Assembly (NCBI GenBank): GCA_902566305.1
Contig: CACFIK010000005.1
Location: 10,779 to 74,778, forward strand
DNA length: 64,000 bases
Source of the DNA: an uncultured SAR86 cluster bacterium
GTDB taxonomy: Bacteria; Pseudomonadota; Gammaproteobacteria; Magnimaribacterales; AG-339-G14
Direction: 5' to 3'
In this document: positions 1-9,473 of the stretch, piece after piece
Numbering within the stretch: the stretch's first letter is position 1
Layout: each line of letters opens with the position of its first letter
Translations under genes and position numbers: made by a program
The notes under the pieces: generated by a model
Databases searched by the model: none
Told to the model about the DNA's origin: nothing
Seen by the model: the letters and a program-made list of their open reading frames with translations, nothing else

Positions 1-130
1 CTCTTTAATGGATAAAACTTCTGAAGCAGTGGAAAGAGGAGTTTTTGGGATTCCAACTTTCTTTGTTGGCAATGAAATGTTTTTTGGAAAAGATAGGTTA
101 GGACAAGTCGAGGAAGAAATCTTAAAGTAA
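1..130 (+). CDS. 3' end of a DsbA-like 2-hydroxychromene-2-carboxylate isomerase family protein (partial; start outside window)
   Basis: Frame 2 reads ...ERGVFGIPTFFVGNEMFFGKDRLGQVEEEILK and stops at TAA 128-130. The GxPTFF...FGxDRL tail is typical of this thioredoxin-fold family. Confidence 0.6.
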   Translation, partial: SLMDKTSEAVERGVFGIPTFFVGNEMFFGKDRLGQVEEEILK

Positions 131-135
131 ATCTT

Positions 136-690
136 GTGGATTTTGGTCTCCTAGAATTATTCAACTCTCTGAGAGGTCAAAGCAATCTTTTAGAGGGTTT
201 AATGCAAATCCTAAGCAATAATTTGTTTGGATTATTTTTGGCTTTTTTTGTTATCCCTTATTTTTTTTATAAATCTCAAGAGAAATTGCTTTGGGTTTTC
301 ACAGCTTGGATTTTAACCATTGGAATAACCGACTTTAGCGCAAATCTTTTAAAAAGCTACTTTTTAGACTTTAGACCATGTTTTTCTGATTATTCATACC
401 TTTTAGATGGTAAGGGTCAACTTTTGAATCAATGTTCTGCAACTCTGACAGGAATGCCTTCAAATCATTCAGCTAATTTTTTTGCAGGTTCATTATTTTT
501 ATTAACTATTTTTAAAGTAAACAGATATTCTTTAATTTTTCTTTTAATTTCCTGCTCTGTAGCTATATCTAGAATTTATCTAGGAAAACACTTTCCTTAT
601 CAGGTTTTTGCTGGTGCTTTCTACGGAGCTTTTCTTGGTGCTTTTGGAGGATATGTGTATTTAAAAAATTTTAGGAATTCTCTAAAATAA
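136..690 (+). CDS. PAP2-family membrane phosphatase (lipid phosphate / undecaprenyl-diphosphate phosphatase-like)
   Basis: GTG start and multiple hydrophobic segments. PAP2 blocks: K-x6-RP (KSYFLDFRP), PSNH (variant of PSGH), SR-x5-H (SRIYLGKH). Confidence 0.75.
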   Translation: MDFGLLELFNSLRGQSNLLEGLMQILSNNLFGLFLAFFVIPYFFYKSQEKLLWVFTAWILTIGITDFSANLLKSYFLDFRPCFSDYSYLLDGKGQLLNQCSATLTGMPSNHSANFFAGSLFLLTIFKVNRYSLIFLLISCSVAISRIYLGKHFPYQVFAGAFYGAFLGAFGGYVYLKNFRNSLK

Positions 691-2056
691 ATCTATATCT
701 TAGAAATACCAAGCTCACAAACATTAAAAGAAGCATGGAAACTAATTCTGATACGCCAATTAATTCAAGGGTAACACCTGTTAAGGCAAGCACAGACGAG
801 ATTACTAACACAACAAAAGAAACTCTTAGACCCTTTAGGCCAAGTCTATCTAGCGCATGATGAATATGACTTCTATCAGATGTTAGCGGAGATCTTTTAT
901 TTACAAGCCTAATAATTATTGTAGATATCGCGTTAAATAAAACAAATCCAACGATCCAAACAGCTGTTATAGGATTCATATAATCAGCCCTTTCCATTGC
1001 AAAATAAATCAAGCACCATGCCACAATGTATCCACAAAACATTGAGCCATGATCTCCCATAAAAATGACAAATCTTTTACCTATAACTTTCAGATTCATA
1101 AGAGCATAAGGAAGAAAACAAATAACAAGAAATAAATATATCTGCTCAATGAAAAGGGAATTGTTCGTTGATAGAAGTATCAAAGGAGCCGTGATACCAA
1201 CCAAAAATTGGCTGGTCAAACCTCCATTAAAGCCATCAATCCAATTAAAAGCATTCAGAATTCCTATTACACAAAAAATTGTGAATAAAACCCCTAACGC
1301 TGGATTGAGTTCAATAGAACCCAAGCCAAATAAATTTCCTAAATTATCTATATATAAACCAGATTGAGTAATAAGAATTAAACAAGCTATAGCTTGGGAT
1401 AAGAATCTTGTTGGGACGCTTAATCCCCATAAATCATCAATTAAAGTTATAAAAGCAAGAATGATTCCTGTCATTAACATCCATATAAAGAAGGGCGGAA
1501 CATTTACGTTAATTTTTTGATAATAAGTTGACTCATTGCCATTGATATTCACAGTAACTTTTGGAGGTAACAGTGTATCTTGAACGTAATCTGAGTTAGC
1601 CTCGAAACCATTACCTTTTATCTTGAAAGAACCAGATTCATCCTTGTATATTTCCATTAACTCCGTTTCAAAAGTTTTCTTGTTTATGACTACGACTGCT
1701 TGAGAATTTTCATTAATATCAACAACTTCGATGTCAAAAGAGTCATTACCAATAAGATCAATCTTTCTATCAAGATTTTCATTTATTGTATTATTCTCTT
1801 TGATAGAGTCGCCAACAAAAAAGCCATTCCAGGATAAATTGAAATTTACCCCTGCAAAAAAATCAAAGATTAGAACTGCAAAAATTAATGATGTTATGAA
1901 AGATACGCCCCCAGAAAGAGGTATATCATTCTTGTGAAGTTTCTTTATTCCATCTGGCTTATCTACCCAGCTTAAAGATTTAAAGATTTTCCTGAATGCA
2001 AAATTTGCAAGAAAGGAAAAAAAAAGTACTACCCCCAAAAGGTAAATAAGAAACAT
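671..2056 (-). CDS. Glycosyltransferase family 4 (WecA/MraY-like polyprenyl-phosphate sugar-1-phosphate transferase) with a large hydrophilic insertion
   Basis: Polytopic membrane protein with family blocks NAFNWIDGFNGG and FMGDHGSMFCGY. About 115 hydrophilic residues lie between early TM segments. Confidence 0.8.
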   Translation of the reverse strand: MFLIYLLGVVLFFSFLANFAFRKIFKSLSWVDKPDGIKKLHKNDIPLSGGVSFITSLIFAVLIFDFFAGVNFNLSWNGFFVGDSIKENNTINENLDRKIDLIGNDSFDIEVVDINENSQAVVVINKKTFETELMEIYKDESGSFKIKGNGFEANSDYVQDTLLPPKVTVNINGNESTYYQKINVNVPPFFIWMLMTGIILAFITLIDDLWGLSVPTRFLSQAIACLILITQSGLYIDNLGNLFGLGSIELNPALGVLFTIFCVIGILNAFNWIDGFNGGLTSQFLVGITAPLILLSTNNSLFIEQIYLFLVICFLPYALMNLKVIGKRFVIFMGDHGSMFCGYIVAWCLIYFAMERADYMNPITAVWIVGFVLFNAISTIIIRLVNKRSPLTSDRSHIHHALDRLGLKGLRVSFVVLVISSVLALTGVTLELIGVSELVSMLLLMFVSLVFLRYRFILENS

Positions 2057-2059
2057 TGC

Positions 2060-2866
2060 CTAATTTAAGAAGCTTGGATCTTTTTCAAGCATTAAGTCAT
2101 ATAGAGGTTGATAACTTGCCCACATTGCCATATCCGAACCAACTTGAGATTTTGTTAGTTGAGCTACATCATCTGGAATTCTTTCCATTTGTCCAACAGA
2201 CTCTGCCAAAATTTGAGATTGACAGCATCTATCCATTGACAAGAAAGCCCAAAGTGCTTCGTCAACCGTCCCACCTGTAGTTAAGAGACCATGATTTTTT
2301 AGAATAGCAGCCTTTTTGTCGCCCAAGGCTGCAGCAATTCTCTTACCTTCATCTCCTTCTAAAACTACACCTGTGTAATCGTCAAACAGAACATGATTAT
2401 CAAAAAAAGCACAGGAATCTTGAGTTATTGGCTCAAGAAGTCTGCCAAAGGTTGAAAAAGTTTTGCCATACATAGAATGGGAGTGGGCCGCAGCATTTAC
2501 ATCTGGTCTTGCATCATGAAGCGATGAATGGATTGCAAAGGCAGCCGTATTTACTGGCTTATCGCCTAAAACCACTTCACCATCTTTGTTTACTAGTATT
2601 AAATCCGATACACAAATTTGATTGAAATGCATTCCAAAGGGGTTTACCCAAAAATGATCTTCGTGTTCAGGATCTCTGTATGTAATGTGACCAGCGATAC
2701 CTTCATCAAAACCAAAATGAGCAAACATTCTAAATCCTGATGCTAATCTTTCTAGGTTATATCTTCTTGTTTCCTCAATGGATTTGCACTCTATTGGAAG
2801 TAAAGAACCTTTTTCTTTTTGATCCAATTTCCCTTTTGAGACGTCGATATTAAGGTTATTTGTCAT
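2060..2866 (-). CDS. Class II aldolase/adducin-domain protein
   Basis: 268 aa. Metal-site His cluster AAHSHSMYG and overall aldolase_II-like sequence. Stop lies 3 nt upstream of the GT4 gene start on the same strand. Confidence 0.75.
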   Translation of the reverse strand: MTNNLNIDVSKGKLDQKEKGSLLPIECKSIEETRRYNLERLASGFRMFAHFGFDEGIAGHITYRDPEHEDHFWVNPFGMHFNQICVSDLILVNKDGEVVLGDKPVNTAAFAIHSSLHDARPDVNAAAHSHSMYGKTFSTFGRLLEPITQDSCAFFDNHVLFDDYTGVVLEGDEGKRIAAALGDKKAAILKNHGLLTTGGTVDEALWAFLSMDRCCQSQILAESVGQMERIPDDVAQLTKSQVGSDMAMWASYQPLYDLMLEKDPSFLN

Positions 2867-2943
2867 ATATTTCTCCTACCTACTTAATTTCCGTATTACA
2901 ATTTTACTAGTTTAAACTAATCAATAAAATATACATAAGTCCC

Positions 2944-4347
2944 ATGGCAAAAAAAGGTTACAGAGAAGAATCAGATAGCATTGGAATAGTTTACGTTCCC
3001 CGAAATGCTCTATACGGTCCACAAACACAAAGAGCCATAGACAACTTTCCTATAAGTGGTATCAAAATGGATTTTCCTTTTACCAAATCCTTTATTAGCT
3101 CTTTAGGAGTAATTAAAGATGCTGCAGCTAGAGCTAATAATAAATTGAAGCTTCTGTCCAATAAGAAGGCCAGAGCAATATCTAAGGCTTCTAAAGAGGT
3201 GTGGCGAGAAAAACATCATAAAGAATTTCCTATCGATGTATTTCAAACAGGATCTGGAACTAGTTCGAACATGAATGCAAACGAGGTTATAGCTAATTTA
3301 GCATCAGTATTCTCTGGTGAAGAGGTTAGTCCGAACGATGACGTTAACATGTCTCAAAGCAGTAATGATGTCATACCAACTGCAATAAAAATCAGTGCAC
3401 ATATGGATTTAACTAAAAAGTTATATCCCAACTTAGAAAACCTTATTAACGCAATCGATAAAAAAGCAGTTTCTTTTAGAGGAATAATAAAAACAGGAAG
3501 AACTCATCTCATGGATGCAATGCCTATAGATTTAGCTGATGAATTATCTGCGTGGTCCAGTCAATTAAAGACTTCTCTAAAAGCTCTAAAATTTATTGAA
3601 GCTAGACTTTTGGAACTTCCTCAAGGCGGAACAGCTGTTGGAACAGGAATTAATGCTCACAAAAGGTTTGCCAAAGTTTTTGCTCAAGAAATCTCCAAGT
3701 TGTCTGGGAATAAATATAGAAGTGTAGCAAGTGATAATTTCTTTCATGAGTTAAGTTCTCAAGATACAGCAGTCCAATTATCTGGCGAACTAAAAAACTT
3801 AGCTGTTGCTTTAATGAAGGTTTCAAATGACTTGCGATGGATGAATAGTGGACCTTTAGCTGGACTATCAGAGATAGAACTCCAGGCTTTGCAACCAGGA
3901 AGTAGCATTATGCCAGGCAAGGTAAATCCGGTGATTCCTGAAGCTGTAACTATGGTAGCTGCGGATGTTATAGGAAATGATGTGAGCATTACAGTTGCAG
4001 CGCAAGCAGGTAACTACCAGTTAAATGTGATGCTTCCCGTTATAGCCTATAACTTACTTAAAAGTATTAATCTCCTGTCAGGCGCTTGCGATGTTCTTGC
4101 TAACAAAGCAATTAAAACCTTCAAGGTGAATAAAAAGAATTTGGAATCGTCTTTGGCAAAAAATCCAATACTTGTAACAGCCCTCAATCCAATTATTGGT
4201 TACAAAAAAGCTGCTGCAATTGCTAAAAAAGCTTACAAAGAGAATCGACCAATCATTGATGTTGCCGCTGAAGAGACAAATCTTTCCGAGGCAAGATTAA
4301 AGAAACTATTAGATCCTGCTAAGCTTGCAAAGGGCGGAATTCAATGA
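2944..4347 (+). CDS. fumC: Class II fumarate hydratase
   Basis: Fumarate-lyase signature GSSIMPGKVNP plus the FumC-type blocks QTGSGTSSNMNANEV and SQSSNDVIPTA. 467 aa. Confidence 0.9.
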   Translation: MAKKGYREESDSIGIVYVPRNALYGPQTQRAIDNFPISGIKMDFPFTKSFISSLGVIKDAAARANNKLKLLSNKKARAISKASKEVWREKHHKEFPIDVFQTGSGTSSNMNANEVIANLASVFSGEEVSPNDDVNMSQSSNDVIPTAIKISAHMDLTKKLYPNLENLINAIDKKAVSFRGIIKTGRTHLMDAMPIDLADELSAWSSQLKTSLKALKFIEARLLELPQGGTAVGTGINAHKRFAKVFAQEISKLSGNKYRSVASDNFFHELSSQDTAVQLSGELKNLAVALMKVSNDLRWMNSGPLAGLSEIELQALQPGSSIMPGKVNPVIPEAVTMVAADVIGNDVSITVAAQAGNYQLNVMLPVIAYNLLKSINLLSGACDVLANKAIKTFKVNKKNLESSLAKNPILVTALNPIIGYKKAAAIAKKAYKENRPIIDVAAEETNLSEARLKKLLDPAKLAKGGIQ

Positions 4348-4694
4348 AAGTTGACTACCTTTTAGATTCAAATTGCGAAGCTTGTAGGGCAGATGCTCCC
4401 AAAGTTACCAAGGATGAATTAAAAGAACTTAAGCCTTTAGTACCTTCTTGGGAAATTATTGAAGTAAATCGATTGAAAAAACTGATTTGCTCTTTTGCTT
4501 TCTCTAACTATGAAGAATGCGTTAATTTTGCAAATAAAATCGCTGATCTAGCTGAAAAAGAAGATCATCACCCAGAAATTCTAATTGAATGGGGAAAGGT
4601 CACCGTGACTTGGTGGTCACATAAGATCAAAGGTTTGCACAAAAATGATTTTATAGCTGCCGCAAAGACAGATCAGATTTTTTCAGGTTCTTGA
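4344..4694 (+). CDS. phhB: Pterin-4-alpha-carbinolamine dehydratase
   Basis: 116 aa with EDHHPEI...V.V.W.H motif. ATGA overlap with the fumC stop. Confidence 0.85.
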   Translation: MKVDYLLDSNCEACRADAPKVTKDELKELKPLVPSWEIIEVNRLKKLICSFAFSNYEECVNFANKIADLAEKEDHHPEILIEWGKVTVTWWSHKIKGLHKNDFIAAAKTDQIFSGS

Positions 4695-5908
4695 ATTTGA
4701 CTTGCTAAAACGACGGCAACCAGAGCAACACAACCCATAATATTGAAAGCCACGAAGTAGGTATCTTGGAAACCTATTAAGATGCTTGTAATCAAGATTC
4801 CAATTGGTTGAAGCGGAGAAACTATAGGAGACGAAATGCCTCTAGCTTTTCCAAGATTATGCGCTCCAAAAGTTCTTAAGTAGCACGCAGTCATAAGAGG
4901 CATTGCGGCACCAAAACCCAAACCAAAGATAAACGCACTTAAAAGAAATATGTTCGGTTCATTGAAATAAGTAATTCCAAAGATTCCAAGCGCTTGGAGA
5001 AACATTGCCATCATTGAAGGATAAGCCGCCTTCATTACGTCCATGAGATATCCAAATAGAATTTTTCCCAAAACTCCCCCAAAAGCAGATAGAGCATAAG
5101 CAAAGACATATTGTTTAACCGGCAGACCTAAAAGATTCCAGGTTTCGTCTAATCCCATCTTACTTGCGTGTATAGGCAAAAAAGAAAGCACACCCATCAT
5201 AGAGAGAAATTGAAATGCAAAAGCTAAGGAAATTATCCAAAAAACTTTTTTGGACAATAGATCTTTTGCAGTCATCTCTTGAGGTAAGGATTCTTTTTCA
5301 TTTTCCTTCTTAATTCCATCTTTAGCTTGATTGACACTCTTTGGATCATCAATCACGGTAAAAAAGATAAGAGGTAAAATAATAAATAGAATTACTGAGG
5401 CAAAAATTACGTAAACATTTCTCCAGCCTACCAAGTCAAGCAGCGGATCAACAACCAAAGGAAGCACAACGCCTGAGAAAGAAATACCAACTGCAGCAAT
5501 TCCTAGAGCTCTGCCAGCATTTTTATCAAACCAATTCGAGATTAATTTAGCTACTGCTAAATTTCCCATCATGATTGACCCCAATGCCAAGACAGTAAGA
5601 TAAATTGTCAGAAGCGACCAATAAGAATTTATGAAACTTAGCGAGAAAAGTCCTATGGCATAAATGACAGCTCCAATCATCATAAAATTTTTAACTGAAT
5701 ACTTATCAAGAGCTCGACCGATAACTATTGCTAAGATTGCCACAGGCATAAAATAAAAAGCGGATACCATTCCAAGCTGACTTTCGGTCATGCCGAGCTC
5801 AGATATTAGGTAAGGCCAGATCACTGGAAAGCTATAAAAAAGGAAACCTATAACAGTAAATTCAACGGTAAGACCCGTAAACACCATTCTCCAACCAAAA
5901 AACTTCAT
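4673..5908 (-). CDS. MFS transporter
   Basis: 411 aa, about 12 hydrophobic segments, MFS loop motif GRALDKYS. 3' end overlaps phhB by 22 nt (convergent). Confidence 0.8.
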   Translation of the reverse strand: MKFFGWRMVFTGLTVEFTVIGFLFYSFPVIWPYLISELGMTESQLGMVSAFYFMPVAILAIVIGRALDKYSVKNFMMIGAVIYAIGLFSLSFINSYWSLLTIYLTVLALGSIMMGNLAVAKLISNWFDKNAGRALGIAAVGISFSGVVLPLVVDPLLDLVGWRNVYVIFASVILFIILPLIFFTVIDDPKSVNQAKDGIKKENEKESLPQEMTAKDLLSKKVFWIISLAFAFQFLSMMGVLSFLPIHASKMGLDETWNLLGLPVKQYVFAYALSAFGGVLGKILFGYLMDVMKAAYPSMMAMFLQALGIFGITYFNEPNIFLLSAFIFGLGFGAAMPLMTACYLRTFGAHNLGKARGISSPIVSPLQPIGILITSILIGFQDTYFVAFNIMGCVALVAVVLASQIQEPEKI

Positions 5909-5952
5909 TTTTCTGTATTTTTTAGAAATTTATTAAAATTCTAGCAATCCTG

Positions 5953-5958
5953 TATAAT
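5953..5958 (+). promoter_or_regulatory. Candidate -10 box (TATAAT) 6 nt upstream of the guaB ATG
   Basis: Sequence is cctgTATAATctataaATG. No purine-rich Shine-Dalgarno lies between the box and the start. Confidence 0.4.
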
Positions 5959-5964
5959 CTATAA

Positions 5965-7431
5965 ATGTTGCGGCTTAAAGAAACAGCTATAACCTTTGAC
6001 GACGTCTTATTGCTCCCTGACTATTCAGAAGTCTTGCCCAATGATGTTGATTTAACCACACGTCTGACAAAAAACCTAAGCATAAACATTCCAATAATTT
6101 CTTCTGCTATGGATACCGTCACTGAATCCAGAATGGCTATTGCTCTGGCAGAGCTCGGAGGTATTGGAATCATTCACAGGAACTTAAACATTGTAGATCA
6201 AGCTAATGAAGTTCGGGCAGTGAAAAAATTTGAGAGCGGTATTGTAAGAGATCCAACAACTATCTCATCAAGTAGTACGGTTGGTGACCTTATTCAGCTA
6301 ACTAAAGAGTTAAACATCTCTGGTATGCCTGTGGTAGACGATGATAATCTGGTTGGAATTGTGACTTCCAGGGATTTTCGTAATGAATCTAATATGACCG
6401 CCACCGTAAGTTCGATTATGACCCCGAAAGAAAAACTTATTACGGCTAAAGAGAGCGAAAGCATTGATAATATAAAATCCTTACTCTATCGAAATAGAAT
6501 AGAAAAAATATTGCTTGTTGATGACGCTTTTGGTCTGAAAGGTCTAATCACTCTGAAAGATATAAATAAATCAAAAGATTATCCATCCGCAACCAAGGAC
6601 TCAGAAGGGAGACTTCTAGTTGGTGCAGCAATAGGTAACGGCACCGATACAGAGGAGAGAACTGAAAAACTTGTTCAAGCCGGTGTCGATGTTCTCGTTG
6701 TTGATAGCGCTCATGGACACTCACAAGGCATTTTAGAGAGAGTAAAAAAAGTAAAAAAAGATTATCCAAATATAGATGTCATTGGTGGAAATGTTGCTAC
6801 TGCGGAAGGAGCTACAGCCTTGATGAAAGCAGGAGCTGATGGAGTAAAAGTTGGTATTGGGCCAGGTTCTATCTGCACTACGAGAATTGTGACAGGAGTT
6901 GGTGTTCCCCAAATAACAGCTATTGCAGATGTGGTATCAAGTATGAAGAAAAAAGGAATTCCAGTTATTGCAGATGGTGGAATTAGATTCTCTGGTGATT
7001 TTGCAAAAGCAATTGCTGCAGGAGCAGATAGTGTCATGCTCGGTAGCATCTTGGCAGGAACAGAGGAAGCTCCTGGTCAAGTGGAACTCTTTCAAGGCAG
7101 AAGCTTTAAAGCATATAGAGGCATGGGGTCTGTAGGTGCAATGTCAGGTGAATCCTCCTCAGGGGATAGATATTTTCAAGATAATCAACAAACCGACAAA
7201 CTGGTACCCGAAGGTATAGAGGGAAGAGTTCCCTATAAGGGTTGGGTAGAAACTTCTATTCATCAAATGTTGGGCGGCTTAAGACAAAGCATGGGTTACA
7301 CCGGATGCAAAGACATTGATACGATGAAAACTAAACCTAAGTTTGTTCAAATTACTACTTCTGGAATGAGCGAGAGTCACGTGCATGACGTCAGCGTCAC
7401 TAAAGAAGCGCCAAATTACCGAATTACTTAA
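5965..7431 (+). CDS. guaB: IMP dehydrogenase
   Basis: 488 aa. Catalytic loop [11 protein letters not shown] and an inserted CBS pair. Directly followed by guaA. Confidence 0.95.
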   Translation: MLRLKETAITFDDVLLLPDYSEVLPNDVDLTTRLTKNLSINIPIISSAMDTVTESRMAIALAELGGIGIIHRNLNIVDQANEVRAVKKFESGIVRDPTTISSSSTVGDLIQLTKELNISGMPVVDDDNLVGIVTSRDFRNESNMTATVSSIMTPKEKLITAKESESIDNIKSLLYRNRIEKILLVDDAFGLKGLITLKDINKSKDYPSATKDSEGRLLVGAAIGNGTDTEERTEKLVQAGVDVLVVDSAHGHSQGILERVKKVKKDYPNIDVIGGNVATAEGATALMKAGADGVKVGIGPGSICTTRIVTGVGVPQITAIADVVSSMKKKGIPVIADGGIRFSGDFAKAIAAGADSVMLGSILAGTEEAPGQVELFQGRSFKAYRGMGSVGAMSGESSSGDRYFQDNQQTDKLVPEGIEGRVPYKGWVETSIHQMLGGLRQSMGYTGCKDIDTMKTKPKFVQITTSGMSESHVHDVSVTKEAPNYRIT

Positions 7432-7436
7432 TTTAA

Positions 7437-8993
7437 ATGCAGAAAATTGATCAAGATAAGATAGTTATCCTTGATTTTGGTTCGCAATACACTCAGCTTA
7501 TTGCCAGAAGGATCAGAGAAATAGGAGTTTTATCCGAAATTGTCTCATGCGAAATATCCCCAAAAGAACTTTTAAAATTAAATCCAAGAGGCATTATTTT
7601 TTCTGGCGGTCCAGAATCGGTTAATTCGAAGTTTAAACCTAAATTTAATTCTAAGATTCTTGAAATAAACCGACCTATTTTAGGGATTTGCTACGGAATG
7701 CAATTATTAGCAAGCCAATATAAAGGAAAAGTAGATTTGTCGGCGAAGAGAGAATTCGGTCACTCAGAATTAGCATTTAACAAAAATATTCTTTTTAAAG
7801 GAGTAAAAGGGAAAAAAACAAAAATTGACGTATGGATGAGTCACGGCGATAAAGTTGTAAAGCTTCCGAAACAATTTAAAAGGATTGCCTCGTCGACAAA
7901 TTCTAAAATTGCCGCATTCGCTTCGAATGACAAACAACGCTTCGGTGTGCAATTTCACCCCGAGGTGTCTCACACCGATCAAGGGCAAAAAATATTAAGT
8001 AACTTCGCTTTGGATATTTGTGGTTGTAAGAAAAATTGGACTTCAAAAAATATTATTAATGATTTGGTTCAGAACATTAAAGATCAGGTTGGAAATAAAC
8101 ATGTTCTCTTAGGAATTTCGGGTGGTGTGGATTCCAGTGTTGTAGCCGCTCTCATTTCAAAAGCTATCGGTAAAAGATTGCATTGTATTTTTGTCGATAA
8201 CGGACTTTTAAGGAAAGATGAATCCATCCAAGTTAATCGTGATTTAAAAAAAGGTCTTGGCTTGAAGATTACTACTGTAAATGCCGAAGATATATTCCTG
8301 AAAAAACTTAAAGGCAGGACAGATCCTGAAGAAAAAAGGAAAATAATAGGCAGAACCTTCATAGATGTATTTTCAAAAGAGGCAAAAAAAATAAAAAATA
8401 TAGATTTTTTAGCTCAAGGAACTATCTATCCAGATTATATTGAATCAGCAGGAAAAAAGGGCGGTAAAGCGCATGTCATAAAATCGCATCATAACGTTGG
8501 AGGGTTACCTGAAAAATTAAAGTTTCCCCTTGTTGAACCGCTCAAATTTCTTTTTAAAGATGAGGTTAGAAAGATAGGAAGAAAATTAGGATTGCCAGCT
8601 TATCTTATCGAAAGGCATCCTTTTCCAGGTCCAGGGTTAGGCGTTCGATTGTTGGGTGCTATAGACAAAAGTAAGTTAGAGATATTAAGAGAAGCAGATG
8701 CCATTTTCATGGAAGAACTAATCAAGCAAAAGCTTTACAACAAAATAAGTCAAGCTTACGCAGCTTTTCTTCCAGTTAAATCAGTAGGTGTTGTTGGAGA
8801 TGCAAGAAGATATGAATACGTAATTGCCCTAAGAGCGGTTGTAACGCTTGATTTCATGACGGCTAATGTATTTCCTTTCAAACAAGAATTCCTTAATCAT
8901 GTTTCAACAAGAATAATGAATGAAATAGATAAGGTTTCTAGAGTTGTTTATGATATTTCGAGCAAACCTCCTGCAACTATTGAGTGGGAGTAA
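7437..8993 (+). CDS. guaA: GMP synthase (glutamine-hydrolysing)
   Basis: 518 aa. GATase Cys block GICYGMQLL, ATP-PPase P-loop SGGVDSS, family C-terminus PATIEWE. Confidence 0.95.
   Translation: MQKIDQDKIVILDFGSQYTQLIARRIREIGVLSEIVSCEISPKELLKLNPRGIIFSGGPESVNSKFKPKFNSKILEINRPILGICYGMQLLASQYKGKVDLSAKREFGHSELAFNKNILFKGVKGKKTKIDVWMSHGDKVVKLPKQFKRIASSTNSKIAAFASNDKQRFGVQFHPEVSHTDQGQKILSNFALDICGCKKNWTSKNIINDLVQNIKDQVGNKHVLLGISGGVDSSVVAALISKAIGKRLHCIFVDNGLLRKDESIQVNRDLKKGLGLKITTVNAEDIFLKKLKGRTDPEEKRKIIGRTFIDVFSKEAKKIKNIDFLAQGTIYPDYIESAGKKGGKAHVIKSHHNVGGLPEKLKFPLVEPLKFLFKDEVRKIGRKLGLPAYLIERHPFPGPGLGVRLLGAIDKSKLEILREADAIFMEELIKQKLYNKISQAYAAFLPVKSVGVVGDARRYEYVIALRAVVTLDFMTANVFPFKQEFLNHVSTRIMNEIDKVSRVVYDISSKPPATIEWE
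8979..8993 (+). repeat. Core copy A: ATTGAGTGGGAGTAA (guaA codons I-E-W-E-stop)
   Basis: Exact 15-mer is repeated at 9419-9433, and with 14/15 identity at 10420-10434. Confidence 0.9.
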
Positions 8994-9047
8994 TTTTTAA
9001 AATGAATATTAATTAAATCTTTGGATATTTTTTGCTAGGATGATGAG

Positions 9048-9353
9048 GTGATAAGTTTTTTTAAAAAATACAAAACTTATTTAGGTATATTTTTCTTTAT
9101 TTTTGCGGTAGTTCTTTCAAGAATAGGAAGACAACAAGATATTCCTGCACTTAACTTACCTTTGATTCTTTGTTTCACTATCATAGTTATCTCTTTTCTG
9201 TTTGCATTGATATTAATAATTTATGAAAAAGGATTTTTTAATTCAATAAGAACTCCTATATTCTGGATATACCTTATCTTAATTATTTTAGGATTTTATT
9301 TTATTGTGTTTCCGTTTTTTTCTTTAGGAATGAAATATTTAATTAATCTTTAA
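9048..9353 (+). CDS. Small hydrophobic protein (about 3 TM segments), unknown function
   Basis: 101-aa ORF with GTG start, the only sizeable ORF in cassette 1. No recognisable motifs. Confidence 0.4.
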   Translation: MISFFKKYKTYLGIFFFIFAVVLSRIGRQQDIPALNLPLILCFTIIVISFLFALILIIYEKGFFNSIRTPIFWIYLILIILGFYFIVFPFFSLGMKYLINL

Positions 9354-9354
9354 C

Positions 9355-9372
9355 ATACAAACTTCATACAAA
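9355..9372 (+). repeat. Tandem heptamers ATACAAA-CTTC-ATACAAA (site 1)
   Basis: 7-4-7 direct repeat with 11-bp phasing, starting 2 nt after the cassette-1 ORF stop. 46 nt separate it from core copy B. Confidence 0.85.
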
Positions 9373-9418
9373 GTCGAAATTAAAATCAATGGAATCAATA
9401 ATTTATAAACCTTTTACC

Positions 9419-9433
9419 ATTGAGTGGGAGTAA
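9419..9433 (+). repeat. Core copy B: ATTGAGTGGGAGTAA
   Basis: 15/15 identical to the guaA end. The in-frame context AAA CCT TTT ACC ATT GAG TGG GAG TAA (KPFTIEWE-stop) resembles guaA KPPATIEWE-stop. Confidence 0.9.
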
Positions 9434-9473
9434 AGAAATCGAACTTAACCAGAATTTTTGAATAGGAAGAGAA

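Larger units (their letters stand above)
8994..9433 (+). mobile_element. Cassette 1 (440 bp): one small membrane ORF plus a tail ending in a guaA-like core
   Basis: Bounded by core copies A and B. The tail contains tandem ATACAAA heptamers 46 nt before the core. Confidence 0.5.

Noticed and set aside
9377-9404. Inverted repeat AAATTA...TAATTT in the cassette-1 spacer, ending 14 nt before the core. This is the same offset as the 10381-10405 palindrome in cassette 2.
   Set aside because: A 6-bp all-A/T stem with a 16-nt loop is expected by chance in DNA this AT-rich. The matching offset is noted but not relied on.
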